A stretch of DNA of 64,000 bases from NCBI GenBank assembly GCA_963708985.1, contig CAVPUQ010000001.1:330405-394404 (forward strand). Direction: 5' to 3'. The position numbers and the translations under genes were made by a program. The DNA is from an uncultured Actinomycetes bacterium (GTDB taxonomy: Bacteria > Actinomycetota > UBA4738 > HRBIN12). Below, piece by piece: positions 20,474 to 28,397 of this stretch. The stretch's first letter is position 1; every line of letters begins with the position of its first letter. The notes below the pieces were generated by a model, which was not told the DNA's origin, did not search any database, and worked only from the letters and a program-made list of their open reading frames with translations.

Positions 20474-21524
20474 ATGGATGGCGGGCCTGGCGGCGACGCT
20501 CGTGGTCGTGGTCGGCGGCGCGTGGGTCGTGCTCGCGGACGACGACGCGACGCAGGCGCAGGTCGAGGGATCGGTCGCCGAGCTCGGCACGGCGACCGTC
20601 GAGACCCGCGACCTCGTCGAGCGCGAGACGTTCGATGGCTCCCTCGGCTACGACGACGAGCGGGTGCTCTCGAGCCTGCGGAGCGGGACCCTGACCGGGG
20701 TCGCCGACGAGGGCTCGACGCTCCGGCGCGGCGCCGTGCTGTTCGAGGTGGACGAGCGCCCGACGGTGCTCATGCTCGGCGAGGTGCCCGCGTACCGCGC
20801 GCTGTCGAGCGGCGTCGAGGGCAAGGACGTCCGCCAGCTGCAGCGCAACCTCCTCGCGCTCGGCTTCACGGATGAGGGCGACCTCGAGGTGTCCGGCGGG
20901 TTCGACGCCGACACCGCCGAGGCCGTCCGCGACTGGCAGGAGGACCTCGGGCTCGACCGAACCGGCGTGGTCGAGCTCGGCGACGTGGTGTTCACCCCCT
21001 CCGGATCGCGTCGCATGGGCGGCCACGCCCTCGAGCCCGGGTCCTCCGTCGCCGCCGGCGCGCAGGTGGCCTCGACCACGTCGACCGAACGCGTCGTGAC
21101 GATCGACCTCGCGACCACCGACCAGGACCTCGTCTCCGAGGGTGACCGCGTGCAGGTCGAGCTTGCGGACGGCTCCACGGTCCGTGGCCGCATCGCCGAG
21201 ATCGGCCGGGTGGCCGAGACCGACGAGACCGATCTCGAGGCCGACCCCACCGTCATGGTGACCGTGCGACTGACCGAGGACGTCGAGATCGCGCTCGACG
21301 AGGCGCCGGTGGATGTGCACGTGGAGACCTCGCGCGCCGAGGGTGTGCTCGCGGTGCCGGTGCAGGCGCTCCTCGCGCTCGCCGAGGGCGGGTACGCGCT
21401 CGAGGTCGTCGACGGCCAGCGCACGACCCTCGTCGGGGTGGAGACGGGCGACGTCGCCGACGGCTTCGTCGAGGTCTCGGGAGACGGACTCATCGAGGGC
21501 CTCGTGGTGGTGACGGCGTCGTGA
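20457..21524 (+). CDS. HlyD/MacA-like periplasmic adaptor with peptidoglycan-binding domain
   Basis: From M105 of ORF 20145..21524: a TM anchor, a PG_binding_1-like segment (GKDVRQLQRNLLALGFTDEGDLEVSGGFDADTAEAVRDWQEDLGLDRTGVV), and barrel-sandwich/beta-barrel repeats. Confidence 0.8.
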   Translation: MRRNRRWMAGLAATLVVVVGGAWVVLADDDATQAQVEGSVAELGTATVETRDLVERETFDGSLGYDDERVLSSLRSGTLTGVADEGSTLRRGAVLFEVDERPTVLMLGEVPAYRALSSGVEGKDVRQLQRNLLALGFTDEGDLEVSGGFDADTAEAVRDWQEDLGLDRTGVVELGDVVFTPSGSRRMGGHALEPGSSVAAGAQVASTTSTERVVTIDLATTDQDLVSEGDRVQVELADGSTVRGRIAEIGRVAETDETDLEADPTVMVTVRLTEDVEIALDEAPVDVHVETSRAEGVLAVPVQALLALAEGGYALEVVDGQRTTLVGVETGDVADGFVEVSGDGLIEGLVVVTAS

Positions 21525-22246
21525 GGTCGCGGGTCGCGCTCGACGTGACGCTCGACGGAGACGGGCCGCTCGCACCGGTGATCGACGTGCGGGACGTCTG
21601 GAAGGAGTACGAAGGCGGCGTGGCGGCGCTCGCGGGCGTCTCACTCCGGGTGGAGCCGGGCGAGGCGCTCGCGGTGGTCGGGCCGAGCGGTTCGGGCAAA
21701 TCGACGCTGCTGCACGTGGTGGGCACGCTCGACCGTCCGACTCGCGGAGAGGTGCACGTCACCGGTCTCGACGTCGCGAGCGCCTCCGACGGCGAGCTCG
21801 CGGCGCTCCGGTCCCGCTCGATCGGGTTCGTGTTCCAGCAGTTCTTCCTGCTCGATGGGATGAGCGCGCTCGAGAACGTGGCGAACGGGCTGCTCTACGC
21901 GGGGGTCTCCGCCGCCGAGCGGCGTGCGCGCGCGGCCGACACCCTCGGTCGCGTGGGGCTCGCGATGCGGATGGATCACCACCCCTCGCAGCTCTCGGGT
22001 GGGGAGCGCCAGCGCGTGGCGATCGCCCGGGCGATCTTGGCGCGGCCCGCGCTCGTGCTTGCCGACGAGCCGACCGGCAACCTGGACTCGGCCAGCGGAG
22101 CGGAGATCATCGGGCTCCTCCGCGAGTTGCACGAGCGCGACGGCACCACGCTCGTCGTGATCACACACGACCGCGATATCGCGGACACCGTCTCCCGGCA
22201 TGTGCTGATGCGCGACGGCCGGATCGTGGAGGACGTGGCGCGGTGA
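21521..22246 (+). CDS. ABC transporter ATP-binding protein (MacB/LolD type)
   Basis: Walker A GPSGSGKST, signature LSGGERQRVAIARA and Walker B LVLADEPTGNLD. Confidence 0.95.
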   Translation: MRSRVALDVTLDGDGPLAPVIDVRDVWKEYEGGVAALAGVSLRVEPGEALAVVGPSGSGKSTLLHVVGTLDRPTRGEVHVTGLDVASASDGELAALRSRSIGFVFQQFFLLDGMSALENVANGLLYAGVSAAERRARAADTLGRVGLAMRMDHHPSQLSGGERQRVAIARAILARPALVLADEPTGNLDSASGAEIIGLLRELHERDGTTLVVITHDRDIADTVSRHVLMRDGRIVEDVAR

Positions 22247-23442
22247 GGGCCTCGACGGGGGGATCGTCGCTCGCCCCCGGGGACCTGATCCGCGTGGGTG
22301 CGGTCGGCCTTCGGACGCGCAAGGTCCGCGCCGCGTTGTCGGCGCTCGGTATCGCGATCGGCATCGCGTCGATGGTCGCCGTGCTCGGCATCAGCGACTC
22401 GAGCCGGGCGGACCTGCTCGCGACGCTCGACGACCTGGGCACGAACCTGCTCACGGTGAGCGCGGGCAACTCGGTGTTCGGCGAGAGCGCGACGCTTCCC
22501 GAGCCAGCCGAGGAGATGGTCCGACGCATCGGCCCGGTGCAGGCGGCGAGCGCGGTGACGAGCGTCTCGGCCACGGTGCGACGCACCGACCAGGTGCCGG
22601 AGTTCGAGACGAACGGCCTCGCGGTCGTCGCGGCCGACGTCGACCTGCTCGACACGCTCGGCGGGACGATGGCCGACGGCGTCTTCCTGAACGAGGCGAC
22701 GCGGGACTACCCGGCGGTCGTGCTCGGCAGCGTGGCGGCCGAGCGTCTCGGCATCACCTCGGTGCGCGAGGGCGTCCGCATCTACCTGGACGGTCATTGG
22801 TTCACGGTGGTGGGTGTGCTCGACGAGCTCGCGCTCTCGCCCGACCTGGATCGCAGTGTGATCGTCGGGCGTCCGATCGCCCAGGCGCTGTTCGATGCCG
22901 ACGAGAGCGCGAGCCAGATCTACGTGCGCGCGGATCCCGAGGACGTCGAGGACGTGCGCAGCGTGCTCGGGGCGACCGCCAACCCCGAGAACCCCGAGGA
23001 GGTGAGCATCCAGCGGCCGAGCGATGCCCTCGAAGCGCGAGCGGCAGCCGACGACGCGTTCACGAGCCTGCTCCTTGGTCTCGGCGCGGTGGCGCTGCTC
23101 GTCGGCGGCGTCGGCATCGCGAACGTGATGGTGATCGGTGTGCTCGAGCGCCGGCCCGAGATCGGGCTTCGTCGAGCGCTCGGCGCGACGAAGCGGCACG
23201 TGTGGGCGCAGTTCCTCACGGAGAGTGTGATCTTGTCGGCCGTCGGCGGGATCGCAGGCGCGCTCCTCGGCGGGGCGGTGACGGCCGTGTACGCGAGCGC
23301 CCGCGACTGGTCGGTCGTCGTGCCGGCGGCGGGACTCGGAGCCGGGATCGGCGCTGCACTGCTGATCGGAGCCGTGGCGGGGCTGTATCCGGCGATCCGT
23401 GCGGCACGGATGTCCCCGACGGACGCGCTCCGATCGGTGTGA
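22243..23442 (+). CDS. ABC transporter permease (FtsX/MacB family)
   Basis: 399-aa ORF with an N-terminal TM, a large extracytoplasmic domain, and a C-terminal FtsX 3-TM bundle (GIANVMVIGVLERRPEIGLRRALGA). Confidence 0.9.
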   Translation: MRASTGGSSLAPGDLIRVGAVGLRTRKVRAALSALGIAIGIASMVAVLGISDSSRADLLATLDDLGTNLLTVSAGNSVFGESATLPEPAEEMVRRIGPVQAASAVTSVSATVRRTDQVPEFETNGLAVVAADVDLLDTLGGTMADGVFLNEATRDYPAVVLGSVAAERLGITSVREGVRIYLDGHWFTVVGVLDELALSPDLDRSVIVGRPIAQALFDADESASQIYVRADPEDVEDVRSVLGATANPENPEEVSIQRPSDALEARAAADDAFTSLLLGLGAVALLVGGVGIANVMVIGVLERRPEIGLRRALGATKRHVWAQFLTESVILSAVGGIAGALLGGAVTAVYASARDWSVVVPAAGLGAGIGAALLIGAVAGLYPAIRAARMSPTDALRSV

Positions 23443-23481
23443 GCGGGGCCCGATCCGCGGCGTCCGCGGAAGGACCCGGAT

Positions 23482-23590
23482 GTGAGAAACCGCCGGGGCC
23501 CGAGGGCTCCAGCGGTCTCTCGTCGCGCACTCTACGGGGCGTGCTCCAGCGTCGTCAAGCCGGGAAGCGCCTTCTTGTCACTCTTCGTTC
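23482..23590 (-). repeat. copy A of a ~105-110 nt element: -35/-10-like boxes followed by a strong hairpin and UUUCUC (read on the minus strand)
   Basis: About 76% identical to 26682..26790 in the same orientation. Minus strand: TTGACG (23558..23553) - 18 nt - TAGAGT (23534..23529), then the hairpin ACCGCTGGAGCC-CTCG-GGCCCCGGCGGT (23516..23489), then TTTCTCAC. It lies between the ABC permease 3' end and the ArsR stop. Confidence 0.6.
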
Positions 23591-23973
23591 GCGGAGCCGC
23601 CATGCCGGTCCTCGAGCAGGCGCTCCAGTACGGATCGCCGCCGGTCCCACGATGCGCCGATCGAGCGCATCCAGCCCTCCACCTCTGCGAAGGGGCCGAT
23701 GTCCAGGTCGTGACGGATCTCGCGCCCGGTTCGTCGGCCATGGGCGAGGCCCGCAGCTTCGAGCACGGCGAGGTGCTTCGCGGCCGCCTGCCTCGAGACC
23801 CCCGCCCGCGTGCCGAGGGCGGTCGGCGTCAGCGGGCCTTGGGCGGCGAGCTCCCGGACGATCCGACGCCTCGTTGGGTCGGCAAGCGCGGCGAAGACCG
23901 GGCCTGCCCGGTCCAGCATCGCCCGGCCTTCGGGAAGAAGGTCACCGTCACCCCCGGGCCCTCGGAGCGTCAT
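23578..23973 (-). CDS. ArsR/SmtB family transcriptional regulator
   Basis: From M27 of ORF 23578..24051: ..VFAALADPTRRRIVRELAAQGPLTPTALGTRAGVSRQAAAKHLAVLEAAGL... RBS GGGAAGGGA upstream. Confidence 0.85.
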   Translation of the reverse strand: MTLRGPGGDGDLLPEGRAMLDRAGPVFAALADPTRRRIVRELAAQGPLTPTALGTRAGVSRQAAAKHLAVLEAAGLAHGRRTGREIRHDLDIGPFAEVEGWMRSIGASWDRRRSVLERLLEDRHGGSANEE

Positions 23974-24201
23974 CGCAGTCCCTTCCCTCTCTCCGAATCG
24001 CAACGATGCGGTTGCGGTTATAGGATAGGCAACCGTAGACTTGCCAGTCAAGCAGCCTCACGGCGCACGGCACGGGTCGTCCACGGGCGTCGTCGATCCG
24101 GAGATGCCGTTCTCGTCACTCCTTCCCCGAACGCCCGACTTCGACGCACCAGGCCGAACGGCCCTGCTTGGATCCATCAAGCGGTGCGCACGCTCTCGGG
24201 C

Positions 24202-25136
24202 ATGACGGATCGTGCTGCTCGCGCTCGTTCTCGGGCCGAGGAGCCGACGGCGATCCCCCCGTCCCACCGGGATCTGTTGGAACGACCCATCACGGCCGCA
24301 CTCACCACCGTGATGGCCGACGGCTCGCTGCAGACGCATCCCGTCTGGTCGACGTCGATGGTCGGTGTGTCCGCGTGAACACGATGCGGGGGTTCCGCAA
24401 AGAGGGGAACATGCGAGCCGATCCCCGGGTGACCCTCCTCGCCGCCGAGGCCTCGCGCTGGGTCGAGGTGCGGGGCCTCGCCGAGCTCGCCGAGGACGGC
24501 GCGCTCGAGCACCTCGACGGCCTCGCGCGGCGGTACATGGGCGCGCAACGGTACTTCGGGGAGGTCGTCCCGGCCGAGCTCGCCGAGCGTGAGGTTCCGG
24601 TGCTCGCACGTATCCATCCGATCCGCGTGGTGACCGAGGTCCTGGCCGACGCGAGCACCGAGCGGACCGACCGCCTCCCGTCGCTGTCGACGGCCGTGCT
24701 AACCGGCGATGAACCCGACCTCGCGATCCCGCCATCTCATCGCGGGCTCCTCGGTCGGCCGCTCACCGCGGCGCTCGGCACCCGGATGCCCGAGGGTCAT
24801 CCACAGATCCAGCCCGTGTGGTTCGAGCTGGCCGGAGATCTCGTGCTCGTCAACACGACCCGCGAACGGCAGAAGGGCCGTAACCTCCAGGCCGACCCCC
24901 GGGCGACGATCCTGGTGGTGGATCCCGACGACGAGAGCCGGTGGATCGAGATCCGCGGCGATGTCGAGATAACCGAGGACGGAGCGCTCGATCATCTCGA
25001 CCGCCTCATGCGTGCGTACACGGACAAGCCCGCCTACTACGGGTGGATCTACCCACCCGAGCGCCGCGAGCGCGAGACCCGGATCGTCTGTCGCCTCCAT
25101 CCGCGCCACATCGTGTGCGACGCGATCCACCGTTAG
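24202..25136 (+). pseudogene. tandem fusion of two PPOX-class (probably F420-dependent) oxidoreductase domains; one frame break (~24348)
   Basis: Domain 1: IPPSHRDLLERPITAALTTVMADGSLQTHPVW | VDVDGRCVRVNTMRGFRKEGNMRADPRVTLL... Domain 2: IPPSHRGLLGRPLTAALGTRMPEGHPQIQPVWFELAGDLVLVNTTRERQKGRNLQADPRATIL... The break is at TGG-(G)TC. Confidence 0.8.
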
Positions 25137-25181
25137 CCGGTTGAGGCGAAGGGCTGGAGCTCCGCGGAGCCTTGCCGGCCG

Positions 25182-25757
25182 CTAGGTCTTCGGGGAGCGG
25201 CGGAACAGCGTGCGGAAGAAGGTGCGGATCACGGCCCACAGGGCGGACAGGCCGAGCCGCACGCCGCCGACCGGCATGGACGCTGCGGCCTCGGCGGGTG
25301 CGTGCTCCGCGGCCATGCTCTCCCGGAGGCAGTCCGCGAACTGCTGCGTGATCTTCTTCGAGATCTCGGGCAGGAGGCCGCGCGAGAGCTGAGCAGCCGT
25401 GCCCGTGAGGACGATCTGCGCCTGGACCCTCACCATCGTCTCGTCCTCCGTTGCACCGGGCTCAAGCCAGGCCGTGACGGTGGCCTCGGCGGCGCCCTTG
25501 CCCTTCTCCTCCATCCCGCGGGCCCTGAGCACGACGCGGTGCGCCTCATCGTCGCGCGAGTCCATCGCGACGGTCCCGGCGAACGACATCGTGACCGGCC
25601 CGAACCTCGTCTTCAGGCTCCCCTTCCAGGTACGCTCGTCGACGGTCTCGGTCAGCTCGGCGCCGGGCATGCACGGGGCGATGCGCTCGACGTCGAGAAG
25701 GTGGGCCCACAGGTCTGCGGTCGGCGCCTTCACGGTGAACCCGTTCTCGATCAACAA
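25182..25757 (-). CDS. SRPBCC family protein (CoxG-like)
   Basis: MLIENGFTVKAPTADLWAHLLDVERIAPCMPGAELTETVDERTWKGSLKTRFGPVTMSF.. is the CoxG pattern. Confidence 0.9.
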   Translation of the reverse strand: MLIENGFTVKAPTADLWAHLLDVERIAPCMPGAELTETVDERTWKGSLKTRFGPVTMSFAGTVAMDSRDDEAHRVVLRARGMEEKGKGAAEATVTAWLEPGATEDETMVRVQAQIVLTGTAAQLSRGLLPEISKKITQQFADCLRESMAAEHAPAEAAASMPVGGVRLGLSALWAVIRTFFRTLFRRSPKT

Positions 25758-25896
25758 GGGCTCGGCTCCTCGTTCGTCTGGCGGTGGTCGTCACGAGCGT
25801 CGCCGGATCGACGCCGAACGCTCACCGCGGCGGGCATCGAAGGGATCGGTGCGGTCATGGTGGACCGTACGGTAGCGCGAGGTCGCCAACCGACCG

Positions 25897-26553
25897 TCAT
25901 GCCTCGGCCAGCGCGGTCCGTGCTCGCGCGATGGCGTTGTCGATGTCCGTGTCGAGCTCGACCCGTTTGATCCGCAGCGTTAACCAGGGCGACGGTTCGT
26001 CCATCCACCGCACGGCGATGCGCCCTGGCTCCCACACGGAGCCGAAGCGTCGCCAGTCGGGGAACTCGACGCGCCAGTCGACCTTCGGGCCGGGCCCTCG
26101 GTGCCGGGGAACCTCGTAGGAAGCAGGGAAGCCGGTGACGCGGTCGAAGGTCACGATCGCGATCTCGTATCCACCCTCGAACGGTGCGTGCAGCCGCGTC
26201 GTGGTGGCGTCGACCGCCTCCCAGACGAGACCGAGCCGGGGCCACGCGCCGGGGAAGAGGAGGGTCTCGAGCACGATCGTAGGGAACGAACCCTGGTCGA
26301 CTTCCGGGCCGACGTCGATCGACCTCGCCACCTTCGTCAAGCCGCGGCCGTCGATGAATGCGTCGAGGCCGCGCAAGAGGGCGACGGGCCCAGCGCCCAC
26401 GGAGATGTCCATGACCCGGTCAGAACCGGGACGTACGGCGATCCGTACCCGTATGGGGAGGCGCGGGAGTGGCCTGCGGCGCAGGCGACCGCTGCCGTGC
26501 ATGAGCACGGTCTCGGGGGCCGCGGGCTCGCCGGGGAAGGCGACCTCCAGCAT
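25897..26553 (-). CDS. hypothetical protein (possibly DUF6544-like)
   Basis: 218-aa ORF with protein-like composition, downstream of repeat copy B. The family assignment is from memory only. Confidence 0.6.
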   Translation of the reverse strand: MLEVAFPGEPAAPETVLMHGSGRLRRRPLPRLPIRVRIAVRPGSDRVMDISVGAGPVALLRGLDAFIDGRGLTKVARSIDVGPEVDQGSFPTIVLETLLFPGAWPRLGLVWEAVDATTTRLHAPFEGGYEIAIVTFDRVTGFPASYEVPRHRGPGPKVDWRVEFPDWRRFGSVWEPGRIAVRWMDEPSPWLTLRIKRVELDTDIDNAIARARTALAEA

Positions 26554-26681
26554 CCTGCGGACGGGCGCGGGGAGCCCGGCGTGGCCATCCGTCCTCGTCG
26601 CGGCTCCTCGTGGAGCATGATCCTGGCGGTCATCCGCGAGGGGGATGCCGGCCGGGGGCCTGGCGGAAGCGGACGTGGAAA

Positions 26682-26790
26682 GTGAGAAACCGCCGGGGCC
26701 CGAAGGCTCCAGCGGTTCCTCATGGCGAACCTTACGGGACGGTGCGGTGGGCGGTCAAGCGGGAAAGCCGTTCTTGTCGCTCTTCTTGTG
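26682..26790 (-). repeat. copy B of the ~105-110 nt promoter-plus-hairpin element
   Basis: Minus strand: TTGACC (26758..26753) - 18 nt - TAAGGT (26734..26729), then the hairpin ACCGCTGGAGCC-TTCG-GGCCCCGGCGGT (26716..26689; UUCG tetraloop), then TTTCTCAC. It lies about 130 nt upstream of the 25897..26553 gene and 82 nt downstream of the GH4 stop. Confidence 0.6.
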
Positions 26791-26871
26791 ATGCGCCACC
26801 CTGCACCCGGGCCGGCGCGGCCGCAGCCTGCCCCGAGGTGTCGAGGGCTCCGTCCGGTGCCGCCTCGGCGC

Positions 26872-28251
26872 TCAGCGCCGCACGTGCGACAGGAGCTGGG
26901 CGTGCGCGTTCAGGTAGTCGTCCAGGATCGCCCTCGCGAGGGGCTCCGAGTCGACGAGGGGGTGCACGGTGAGCGCCTCGAGGGCCTTGGCGTAGGAGCC
27001 CTCGACCGCCGCCTCGACCGTGAGCCGCTCGTACGTCTTGAGCGGCTCGATGAGGTCGAGGGCGGCACGCGGTAGGTGGCCCTGCGCGAGCGGGTGCGCG
27101 CCGTGCTCGTCCACCATGCACGTCACCTCCACGACGTCGGTATCGCGAAGGTCGGGGATCGCGCCACGGTTCGGCGTGTTGACGATGAGCGGCATCTTGC
27201 GCCGCTGCACCCCCGAGACCATCACGGCGGTCGCGAGGCCCTCGTAGCCGTCGCCCTCGAACATCTCCTCGTGGACCGGCGGCTCGTCACGGGCGCCGTC
27301 CGCCACCGCCTCGCCGCGCTCGCGAGCGAAGTACGTCTGGTGACGCGCCTCGATCGTGCACTCCCACGCCGTCCGAGCGCCATCGAGGTCGTCCGCGGCG
27401 ATCCGCGCGGCGAGCTCGGGCCACAGCGACGCGTTGAGCCGCGCGATCTGCGCGCCCCGTGAGCCTCCCGAGCGCAGGATGTTCCGCACCGCCTGCTCGC
27501 GCGAGTAGAAGAAGTAGAGGTACTCCATCGGCAACATGCCGATCGAGCGGACGAGCTCGGGCTCGAACAGCCGCCACGACCGGGCGAGATGCTGCAGCTC
27601 CTCGTACCGCTCCAGGATCTCGGGCAGGCGGTCGCGGCCCTCGACGAGCACGCGATGGATCCAGCCCGCGTGGTTCAGGCCGGCGTAGTCGGCATGGACC
27701 TGGTCGCCGGGCACGCCGAGGAACTCGGCCACGCTCCGCTTCATCTCGATCGGGCCGTCGCACACGCCCACCACACGCACCGCGGAGTGGTCGCAGAGCG
27801 CCTGCACGATGATCCCGACCGGGTTCGTGAAGTTGACGACCATCGCGTCGGGTTCGACCTCGACGATGAGCTGGGCGTAGCGAAGCATCGCCGGGATCGT
27901 GCGCATCGCCATCGCGAACCCGCCCGGTCCCGTCGTCTCCTGCCCGAGCACGCCGTGCTCGAGCGCGATCCGCTCGTCGTTCGCCCGCGCCCTCTCCTGG
28001 CCGACGCGGATCGCCGAGAACACGAACCTCGAGCCGACGATCGCCGCGCGGGGGTCCTCCTCGGCGCGGACGGTGAAGCCCGCCCCCCACTCGCGGCACA
28101 GGTGCGCGCCGAGCGCCGCCATGATGCGCAGGCGCTCGAGGTCCACGTCGTGCAGGACGACGTCGGTGAGGCCCAGGTCGGCTTCGCGGTGGGCGAGACC
28201 GTGAAGGACGAACGGGGTCCGCACGCCGGTGCCGAGCAGCGTGAGCTTCAG
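26872..28251 (-). CDS. glycoside hydrolase family 4 (6-phospho-glucosidase / alpha-glucosidase type)
   Basis: GH4 pattern (..NFTNPVGIIVQAL..VVGVCDGPIE...GLNHAGWI..). The track ORF starts at GTG 28224, but the NAD-binding N-terminus LKLTLLGTG lies upstream in frame. The only candidate start is CTG 28251, 6 nt after GGGAGG. Confidence 0.8.
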   Translation of the reverse strand: MKLTLLGTGVRTPFVLHGLAHREADLGLTDVVLHDVDLERLRIMAALGAHLCREWGAGFTVRAEEDPRAAIVGSRFVFSAIRVGQERARANDERIALEHGVLGQETTGPGGFAMAMRTIPAMLRYAQLIVEVEPDAMVVNFTNPVGIIVQALCDHSAVRVVGVCDGPIEMKRSVAEFLGVPGDQVHADYAGLNHAGWIHRVLVEGRDRLPEILERYEELQHLARSWRLFEPELVRSIGMLPMEYLYFFYSREQAVRNILRSGGSRGAQIARLNASLWPELAARIAADDLDGARTAWECTIEARHQTYFARERGEAVADGARDEPPVHEEMFEGDGYEGLATAVMVSGVQRRKMPLIVNTPNRGAIPDLRDTDVVEVTCMVDEHGAHPLAQGHLPRAALDLIEPLKTYERLTVEAAVEGSYAKALEALTVHPLVDSEPLARAILDDYLNAHAQLLSHVRR

Positions 28252-28397
28252 CGGCTGCCTCCCAGGTTCGGGGAATGACGTTCCGCGGCTCCCCTCACGT
28301 GACCCTCACGGTACGCCGAAGCGCGCGGCGAGACAGCTGGCGGCACTCGGCCCGCTCGGCGCCGAGCGGAAGCACCGTGGCTCGGTAGCCTGACCAC

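Noticed and set aside
23216-23530. ORFs starting inside the repeated element (23216..23530 -, 26337..26723 -, 23482..24378 +, 26610..26972 +) whose N-termini look alike (MRNRRGP.. / MRNRWSL.. / MRDERPL..)
   Set aside because: The similarity comes from the shared palindromic hairpin DNA. The two minus-strand ORFs read the hairpin in different frames. The downstream parts are R/P-rich shadows of real genes.
23482-26682. The exactly 3200-bp spacing of the two repeat copies as a meaningful or engineered signal
   Set aside because: There is no other periodicity or additional copy in the window to support it. With only two copies, a round number is most likely coincidence.
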